Made by a program: the position numbers and the translations under genes. A stretch of DNA of 50,084 nucleotides. Origin: a virus. The stretch is from positions 1 to 50,084 of the IMG/VR virus record IMGVR_UViG_3300036795_000133. The stretch is one strand, 5' to 3'. Below the pieces are notes generated by a model. It did no database searches, was not told where the DNA came from, and saw nothing but the letters and a program-made list of their open reading frames with translations. Shown piece after piece: positions 43,368 to 50,084 of the stretch (the first letter of the stretch is position 1; each line of letters opens with the position of its first letter).

Positions 43368-46300
43368 TAACTCCCGCCTCTAGGATAACGTGATCGAAAA
43401 GAGGCATCATGCGCAGACCCGTTAATCGCGCCGCCGACGTGCGCTCCCACGCCTGCGGGAACCTGCGACGTGACCTGGATCAGGCGGTCAAGCTTGGACC
43501 CGATGGCGTTCAGCGCCGCCTGGCTGCGGTCGCCCTGGGACGGGGAGGTGACCTGCTCTGTCCTGCCGGTTCCGTTGTAGGCGAGCGTGTATCCGGGCTT
43601 CAGGGAGCCGCCCTGGTCGTACCAGCCGTAGGAGTTGCCGGTCAGCATGACCTGGCGCCCTTGGCGCATCGTCCAACTGCCCAGCGACGTGGAGACGCAC
43701 CAGACTGGCCCGCGCCCGGCGTCCTCACGCAAGATCCGCTCGCCGCCGATGAACGGCTTCGTTTCCCGCACCACGGCGCCCAGCTTCGAGGCCGTGTACT
43801 CGCCGACGCGCATACCGCGGTGATCGGCCTCACTGACACCAGGCCGCATGCCGGACAGGTAGATGGCCAGGATGATCGCATCCTGCTTGGCGCCGTCGTT
43901 CTGGTAATAGGTGCGCGTCATGGGATAGCCCGGCTGCCCCTTGAACGTGCCGCCTCCGGAAAGCGTGCCTTCGGCACCGAAAAGCCCGCGAATGAAGGCG
44001 GCACGCTGTTCCGCCGACAGGGAGAGAACAAAGGGCACCGGGTTCTTGTGGTCGTAGCCGCTGCGCTTCAGCAACTCGGCGGAATAGCCCCGGCTGAATT
44101 CCCACGTGACAAGAGGGAGCCCCGGCTGACCCTTCGGCGTCTTCATCGGGCGCGTCGCGCGGTTGAACACCAGGCCGGCCACGAGCGCGTCGATGGCCTT
44201 CACGTGCTCGGGCTTGGACTGGTACAGCCGGATGGAGACCTTTGACCCGGTTCCCGTCCGCCAGTGCTCCGGGTCGCTGCCCTTCTTGCTCTTGATGTGC
44301 GCTACCGAACCGTCGCCCATGACCCAGCCGAGCAGCTCGGCTTCCTCATCGCTGATCGCGGGGCCTTCGCCGAGGTCAGCCATGGCGGCGAGGCGGAGCG
44401 CGTGCCTGGACGTGATGGCGTCGGAGGCGATGAACTCGTCAACCTTGAGGTACTCGTTTTTGGTGCGCCCGTTCTTGCCGGCGCGCCCCACGTGCTTGTG
44501 CTTAGTTGCCACCCAGCGGTGGTTCGGGGTGCAGGTCGCTTCCCATGTCTTGTTGGTGAGGCGCACGAGCGGCGCATCGTCGTAGACGTGGACCTCATTT
44601 ACCGGCGTCCACTCATTGTGGCCGGTTTCGGAGTTGTACCCGATTGTCTCGTCACCTGCGCGGAGCTGATCGTAAGTGAGCCATCCGCGGCGCGTAATAA
44701 TTTCCACATCCAATGGTACACACATTTCATGTGCCCATGCGGCTTCTGGGTCTCCGTAGCGAGAACTTATATAATTCAGCATTCCGGTAATCTGACCCAT
44801 TGCCGTTGTCGAATTACCGCCGTACTGCGCGTATTCCGAAGGCCCGTTAATGAACTGCGCCAGGCCGTAGGCGCCGCTGCTCGGGTTGGTGGCCGTCATG
44901 GACCACCCGGCCTCGCGAGCTTCCACGGAGGCGAGCGCATCCCATTCCGCCCCGGTCCAGCCCTTGGCGGCGGCCATGTTCTTCATCAGCGACTGGATGA
45001 TTCCGCCGCTGGCGCCCTGGGAGCCTACGAAGGACGCAGCAGCCGCGGTTGCGGCCGCGGCGGCGGACTTCTCGAACGCCCCCTGGGCGGCCGTAGCCCA
45101 CGCCTGCTCGACCTTCTGCGCCCACGAGCCCCCCTGGGTCGCCGCCCACTGGCCGGGCGCGTCCAGGTTGACCATCCCCCCGGCGGCGAACCCGGGGATG
45201 GACCCGCGCAGGTGGTCGACCGCCCCCGCGTTCACCATGGCGACGGGCACCACGACCTCGCCGGCCTGGGCCGCGATCAGGACGCTGTCCTTGCCCGGCG
45301 TGCCGCCGGTGACGTACATGCCGGACGCGGCGAAGAGCAGGGAAGAATCAAGGTTGCTCGGGTTCGCGCCGGGCAGGTGGGCGATCGCGTTGAGGGTGCC
45401 CTGCGCGGTGGCGGTCACGGTGACCGGGACGCTCTTGCCGTGCAGCCCGTCGATCTGCGTCTGCAGGCCGTTGACCATGGCCGTCGCGTCATGCGCGTTC
45501 AGTCCGGCGGCTTCCAGGTCCTTGATGAGCTGGGCGCGGGCACCCTGGGTCGCATCGCTGTTGTCCCCGGTGGTGAGGACCGCGTTGGCGAAGGTCCCGA
45601 GCTCGGCGTTGACCGCGGGGCTGTCGGCCCCGATGGACTTCAGGTCAGCGATGAAGTGCTGCTCCAGCGCCTGGGACGCGGTCAGCGCGGCGGCTGAGGT
45701 GCCGCCCAGTGCCGGGTTCAGGCCGTTGTTGAGCGCGGTCCACAGGTTCGTTGCGGCGGACTGGGACATCCCGAGGCCGTTCTCCGCCCAGTCGACGAAC
45801 GCGTTCTTCGCCTTGGGGACGTCACCCTGGTACATCTGCTGGAACATGGCGATGACCTTTGCGCCGCCGTCGTTCGCGAGCAGCGTGGACGCGTTGTCGC
45901 CGTTGATCAGCCCGGTGGCGAAGGTGTCCAGGGCCTTCTGGCCGCCGAGGGCGTTCGCCGCGGCCTGGGCGAGCATCTGGTTCAGGTTCGACTGCAGCAC
46001 CCCGGCGAGCTGCGAGGCGTTGATCACCGACTGGGCGATGATGTTGTTCATCCCGCCGAGGGACGTGGAGTTGGCGCCCACCCAGTGGTTGAGGCTCTGG
46101 AGGGAGACGGTGCCGGGGCCGAGCGCGTTGTTTATCAGGTCGGCGATGACCGTGCGGGCCGCGGTGTTGGTCCCGGCGAAGCCGAGCATCTGCCCGGCTG
46201 TCGTCGCGATGACGGTCTGCAGGTTGCCCGTGGAGATGTTCTGCGACTGCAGGGAGTCGACGAGCTTCTGGCCGGCGTCAACCTGGGAGTAGAACGCCTG

Positions 46301-49300
46301 GTTGAGGGCGTAGCTCGCCTGGGTCGTCCCGCCCAGTGCCGCTCCGGCGAGGTTCGCCGAGCTCTTGAGGTGCCCGAGGGTGAAGCTCGTCGACGCGGTG
46401 CTGCCGGTCGCCGTGTTCAGGTTCTGCGCGAGGGTGTAGATGCCCTGCTCGAACGTGTCGAGGGCCTCAGGGGCGGCGGTGATGGTGCTCAGCAGCGCGT
46501 CTTCCGCCTGGGTGACCTTCGACATGGACGAGACGACCTGGCCGAGGGCGTTCGCGGAGTTCCCGGCGGAGAAGTTGAGGGCGTTCTGCGCGGCCCCGTA
46601 CCGGCCGGCGGACTGGGTGACGGCGCGGATAGTGTCGTCGTAGCCCTGGGCTTCGATGATGACCTCGGCGAACGCCTGCTTGCTGCCGGTCAGCATCTGG
46701 GTACTGGTGATCCCCGCGCCGGTCAGTGCCGCCAGTGCCGCCTGGTTGCTGCCAAATACCTTTGCCGCCGTCGCGAGGTTGGCGTTGTAGGTGCCCTGGT
46801 CCTGCTGGGCGACCTGCAGGGCTGCGCCGTAGTCGGCGACGTTCTGCTTCGCCTGGTAGGTCGCCTGGGAGTAGACGGTGACTTCCTGCAGGCTCTTCCC
46901 GACGTCGATCAGCACGGTGTGCGCGGTAGCGGCCTGAAGCTGAGTCGTCTGGGCGGTTGCCTGCTTCAGCGCCCCGGTGTAGTCGAGGATGTCGGTGGTC
47001 AGGGCCGCGCCGAGGCCGCCGAGCTCGACTTTCTGGATGGCGGACTGCACCGAGTCGCCGAACTGCTGGGCGGCGGTCTTCGCGTTGAGCAGCTGGTAGA
47101 CGAGGAACCCGACGCCGGCGGCGGCGATCGCGATCCACCCCCACGGCAGGGCGCCTGCTTCCGCGGAGGCGGCGGTGATCCCGTCGAGGCCCTTCGCCGC
47201 GGCGGCCCCGGCGGCGCCGAGCCCCTCAACCCGCGTTGCTACCGTCGCCGCGAGGTTGCCGATGAGCGGGAATGCCCCGGAGGCCAGCTTCGCGAACGCG
47301 GTGCCGAGGAGCCCGACGTAGATCAGGCCGCCGTGGGCGAGCAGGCCGACCTTCAGGAACGCCTGGCCGATGCCGGAGTTGACCAGGTCCTCGATGTCGT
47401 GCGTGACCGCCCCGAACACGTTGCCTATGATCTGGGCGTAACCGGGCAGTACCTTCAGGGTGCCGCCGATGATGCCGCCGAGGTTGCCGATGTTGTTGCC
47501 CCAGATCGACAGGTCCTCGGTGGCCTTCTGCGCGAACACGGAGAACCCCTGGCCCTGCGTGGTGGCGTACACGAACCGGGCGCCGAGCTGGTCGAGCACC
47601 GACCCGGCCCCGGTGGCGAGCGCCTGGAACGCGCCGGTGTTGTGCCCGGCGAACACGAGCGCCTCGCCGAACAGCGTGTACACCTGCGGCTGCACCGCGG
47701 CGGCGACCTTCGCGAACGTCCCCGTCAGCGGGTAAAGGGTGGTGTTGTACGCCTGCGTCACGGTGTGCAGCGACTGCATCTGGCTGTAGAGGTCCGTGAC
47801 CGTCGGCACCGCGGCGATCCCGAACGCGGTGAACGCGACCGCTGCGGGGATCAGCGTCCCGGCGGTCTCGATAACCGCCTCGGTGAGCAGGTGAATGCCG
47901 GAGACGGCGCCGAGGATCGCCGGGACGCCGACGCTGGTGAGCGCGCCGCCGAACAACTGCAGGTGGCCGGTGAGCGCGCCGAACCTTCCGGCGCCCGCGG
48001 CCCAGACTGGCAGGCCGTTGGCGATGGAGTCGTTGAACAGGCCAGTGCCCTTGGCGGCGGTCACCGACGCGTTGCTAACGGATTCCAGGGATGCCGTGAT
48101 CGCCGCTTCGGCGTCCTTCGCCGCCGACCCGTAGGTGATCATCCCTGCAGCGGCCTGGTCAGTGGCGGCCTTCGCGGCGATCGACCCGGCGACATCCATC
48201 GCGAAGGCGTAGCGGGACGCGTCCCCGGCGCTCGTGCTCGCGCCCGCCATCGCCTTGAGCTTCGCCGCCGCGTCCGCCGCTGCGGTCCCAACGTCGGTCT
48301 CAGTGCCGGTGAACACCTTCTGCGCGGCGGACGCGTACTGGGCTGCCTCTGCCGCCGTGGTGGCGGCTGCGGCGAGCGCGAGCATCTGCGCGGCGGCGGA
48401 CTGGCCGCTGCTCCCCCCCTGTCCCCCGGCAGTGGCGGACCTCGAGGCGCTGATCGCCGCCATCTCCGCCTCGACGTTCGCGTACCTGTCCGTGGCCGCC
48501 GCTACCGCCTGCACGGCCGCCGCGGCACCGGAGGCGCTGGCGCGCATGGCCTCCAGGTCGGCCACGGCCTGCGGCATGGCGTGCTCGAGGTGGTCCAGGG
48601 CCGTCCCGGCGTCGTCCAGGTTGGCCTGTACCCGCGCGAGGGCCGCCGCGGAGGCCTGCCCCGGCTGGTCGAGGGCCGCCAGGTCTTCTTTGATGCGCTT
48701 CAGTACCGTGTCGAACTGGGCTAGTTCCGGCAACGCGGCGATGATCGCCGGCTCGCGCAGGTCGTTCATCTCGTTCGCGAGCAGTGCGTAGTCGTCGAAA
48801 GCCTTCTGGATCTCGCCGTCGAACCGCGACAGCGCCTCAGCCGCCGCCGCGGCGCCGGCGACGGGAAGAGCCCCTTCCCCGCCCCCCGCGGCCCCTGCCG
48901 CGGTTCCTGGCGCGACCACGGGGAGCGCACCGCCGCCGCGCTGGCTGCCGCCGAGGAACTTGCCCAGGGACGCGATCTGCGCGGCGTAGGCGTACCGGAT
49001 AGCGCTGGCCGCGTCCCGCAGGTCGCCGGCAGCGCCCGTCAGGGCACCGGCCGCGAGCGCCTGCTCGGCTGCCGCGGCCTTCTCCGCGTCGGCGGCGTCC
49101 GCGAGGGCTCCCGCGCCTGCCGCAGACTGCCCCTGTGCCGCTTCCCCGGTGACGGTGACCTTCTCCGGTCCCTGGACTGCGGGGTTCTCCGCAGCGGCAG
49201 GCCTGACCGTGTTAGCGCCGCCCTGAGAGGAGAACATCTGCCCTAGCAGCCCGTTTGCTGCGGCCTGCTGCGGGGACGGTCCCCCGATCACGGGATGGGG

Positions 49301-49756
49301 GCTGAACAGGGCGTTCAGGGCGCCGAGCACGGACCCTTGCGGCGAGGACCGGAGGCGCTGCATCGCGTCGGTGCTGATCGCCTGGTCCAGGAGCTGGAAA
49401 GCCCGGCGGGCCAGGGAAATATCAGCGGTATCAAATACCGCGCCGATGTGGACGTTGTGCGGCGTGCCGGTGAGGGCCTTGACTTCCGCCGCTATCTTGG
49501 CGATGTCACCCGACGCTTCCGCGGTGTTCGCGACCGCGCCGAACTTGACGGTGTGCGCCTGGTCGTCAAGCGCCTTGATCTCAGCGGCGATCTTGGCGAT
49601 GTCACCGGATACCGGCGCGGTGTCGGCGGTGAACTTGACGACATGCGGCGCGTCCGTGAACGCCTTGACCCTGGCCTCGATCTTGTCGAGGTCGGCAGAC
49701 GCCTCCGCGGTGTCGATTGTCAGGCGGGCCTCGATAGCACCTGCATCGAAGGCCAT
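43367..49756 (-). CDS. Tape measure protein with C-terminal lytic transglycosylase domain containing an intein
   Basis: 2129 aa, Ala-rich helical; REAGW...NPSSGAYGLAQF...YI..RYG SLT motif; YDQGG C-terminal motif. Confidence 0.92.
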   Translation of the reverse strand: MAFDAGAIEARLTIDTAEASADLDKIEARVKAFTDAPHVVKFTADTAPVSGDIAKIAAEIKALDDQAHTVKFGAVANTAEASGDIAKIAAEVKALTGTPHNVHIGAVFDTADISLARRAFQLLDQAISTDAMQRLRSSPQGSVLGALNALFSPHPVIGGPSPQQAAANGLLGQMFSSQGGANTVRPAAAENPAVQGPEKVTVTGEAAQGQSAAGAGALADAADAEKAAAAEQALAAGALTGAAGDLRDAASAIRYAYAAQIASLGKFLGGSQRGGGALPVVAPGTAAGAAGGGEGALPVAGAAAAAEALSRFDGEIQKAFDDYALLANEMNDLREPAIIAALPELAQFDTVLKRIKEDLAALDQPGQASAAALARVQANLDDAGTALDHLEHAMPQAVADLEAMRASASGAAAAVQAVAAATDRYANVEAEMAAISASRSATAGGQGGSSGQSAAAQMLALAAAATTAAEAAQYASAAQKVFTGTETDVGTAAADAAAKLKAMAGASTSAGDASRYAFAMDVAGSIAAKAATDQAAAGMITYGSAAKDAEAAITASLESVSNASVTAAKGTGLFNDSIANGLPVWAAGAGRFGALTGHLQLFGGALTSVGVPAILGAVSGIHLLTEAVIETAGTLIPAAVAFTAFGIAAVPTVTDLYSQMQSLHTVTQAYNTTLYPLTGTFAKVAAAVQPQVYTLFGEALVFAGHNTGAFQALATGAGSVLDQLGARFVYATTQGQGFSVFAQKATEDLSIWGNNIGNLGGIIGGTLKVLPGYAQIIGNVFGAVTHDIEDLVNSGIGQAFLKVGLLAHGGLIYVGLLGTAFAKLASGAFPLIGNLAATVATRVEGLGAAGAAAAKGLDGITAASAEAGALPWGWIAIAAAGVGFLVYQLLNAKTAAQQFGDSVQSAIQKVELGGLGAALTTDILDYTGALKQATAQTTQLQAATAHTVLIDVGKSLQEVTVYSQATYQAKQNVADYGAALQVAQQDQGTYNANLATAAKVFGSNQAALAALTGAGITSTQMLTGSKQAFAEVIIEAQGYDDTIRAVTQSAGRYGAAQNALNFSAGNSANALGQVVSSMSKVTQAEDALLSTITAAPEALDTFEQGIYTLAQNLNTATGSTASTSFTLGHLKSSANLAGAALGGTTQASYALNQAFYSQVDAGQKLVDSLQSQNISTGNLQTVIATTAGQMLGFAGTNTAARTVIADLINNALGPGTVSLQSLNHWVGANSTSLGGMNNIIAQSVINASQLAGVLQSNLNQMLAQAAANALGGQKALDTFATGLINGDNASTLLANDGGAKVIAMFQQMYQGDVPKAKNAFVDWAENGLGMSQSAATNLWTALNNGLNPALGGTSAAALTASQALEQHFIADLKSIGADSPAVNAELGTFANAVLTTGDNSDATQGARAQLIKDLEAAGLNAHDATAMVNGLQTQIDGLHGKSVPVTVTATAQGTLNAIAHLPGANPSNLDSSLLFAASGMYVTGGTPGKDSVLIAAQAGEVVVPVAMVNAGAVDHLRGSIPGFAAGGMVNLDAPGQWAATQGGSWAQKVEQAWATAAQGAFEKSAAAAATAAAASFVGSQGASGGIIQSLMKNMAAAKGWTGAEWDALASVEAREAGWSMTATNPSSGAYGLAQFINGPSEYAQYGGNSTTAMGQITGMLNYISSRYGDPEAAWAHEMCVPLDVEIITRRGWLTYDQLRAGDETIGYNSETGHNEWTPVNEVHVYDDAPLVRLTNKTWEATCTPNHRWVATKHKHVGRAGKNGRTKNEYLKVDEFIASDAITSRHALRLAAMADLGEGPAISDEEAELLGWVMGDGSVAHIKSKKGSDPEHWRTGTGSKVSIRLYQSKPEHVKAIDALVAGLVFNRATRPMKTPKGQPGLPLVTWEFSRGYSAELLKRSGYDHKNPVPFVLSLSAEQRAAFIRGLFGAEGTLSGGGTFKGQPGYPMTRTYYQNDGAKQDAIILAIYLSGMRPGVSEADHRGMRVGEYTASKLGAVVRETKPFIGGERILREDAGRGPVWCVSTSLGSWTMRQGRQVMLTGNSYGWYDQGGSLKPGYTLAYNGTGRTEQVTSPSQGDRSQAALNAIGSKLDRLIQVTSQVPAGVGAHVGGAINGSAHDASFRSRYPRGGS
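43634..44722 (-). mobile_element. Intein (363 aa) with LAGLIDADG homing endonuclease
   Basis: HEM|CVPLDVEIITRRGW...TPNHRW (block B)...LLGWVMGDGS...FIRGLFGAEGT...VWCVST...TGN|SYGWY. Confidence 0.92.
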
Positions 49757-49761
49757 CTATA

Positions 49762-50082
49762 TCACCTGGCCCCGCGAGAGGCTTCAAGGCCCGAGATCAT
49801 GCCCGTGATATCAATGACCTCGGCAGGCGGCGCGTTGCGCTCAGCCCACGGCAGCCCCTGCGGCGCTCCCTCCGGCATCACCTGCGCCGCCTCCTGCTCC
49901 ACGGGCACCCCGTGCCTCTCGAATGCCAGCGGGACCGAATCGTCGGCCCCCATCCCCTCCAGGTAGGCCCGCTGGATGTGCCAGGGCAGCGCGGCCCACT
50001 CGGCGTGGCCGATGCCCAGGTGCCGGCGGACGGCGTAGAGGACTAGGCGGTTGCCCGCCGCGGAAGGCTCCTCACTTGCCCG
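49762..50082 (-). CDS. Tail assembly chaperone, downstream part (partial; frame open to window end)
   Basis: Directly upstream of TMP; LYAVRRHLG...EWAALPW.IQRAYLEG. Confidence 0.6.
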   Translation of the reverse strand, partial: RASEEPSAAGNRLVLYAVRRHLGIGHAEWAALPWHIQRAYLEGMGADDSVPLAFERHGVPVEQEAAQVMPEGAPQGLPWAERNAPPAEVIDITGMISGLEASRGAR

Positions 50083-50084
50083 CT

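Noticed and set aside
40767-48724. Long + strand ORFs (842, 879, 477, 468 aa) opposite the tail genes
   Set aside because: Arg/Ala/Gly-rich shadow frames expected in high-GC DNA; the - strand has recognisable domains

Overview
High-GC temperate actinobacteriophage segment, probably a siphovirus. The host is probably a filamentous actinomycete, judging from BldC-, DUF397- and FxSxx-family genes. Phage genes flank an intact attP-like site, so this looks like the excised/virion form. Layout: (i) 1-22.6 kb, + strand early/replication arm of tightly coupled genes: RusA, C5- and N6A-DNA methyltransferases, a replication initiator with an internal DnaA box and iterons, HicA-like protein, SPFH lipoprotein, DUF397, two BldC-like genes, about 35 small hypotheticals, ASCH, and an RtcB-phosphoesterase-nucleotidyltransferase RNA-repair triad. 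(ii) 22.1-25.4 kb: an orphan FxSxx-COOH RiPP-precursor-like gene, attP (3' half of tRNA-Ser(GCT)), tyrosine integrase, repressor and Xis/Cro. (iii) 25.4-29.8 kb: a second + strand operon (HNH, DGQHR/ParB-like). (iv) 29.6-50 kb, - strand tail module: tail chaperone, a tape measure whose lytic transglycosylase domain is split by a LAGLIDADG intein, Dit-like protein, beta-helix spike, minor tail proteins and a DUF4082-esterase protein. This module is interrupted by an inverted regulator + HNH cassette. The most notable signal is a set of partner-less copies of actinomycete host signalling/development modules (FxsA-like peptide, tandem BldC-like domains, DUF397) that may act as mimics or decoys. 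All family assignments are from motif recognition by eye; no searches were run.
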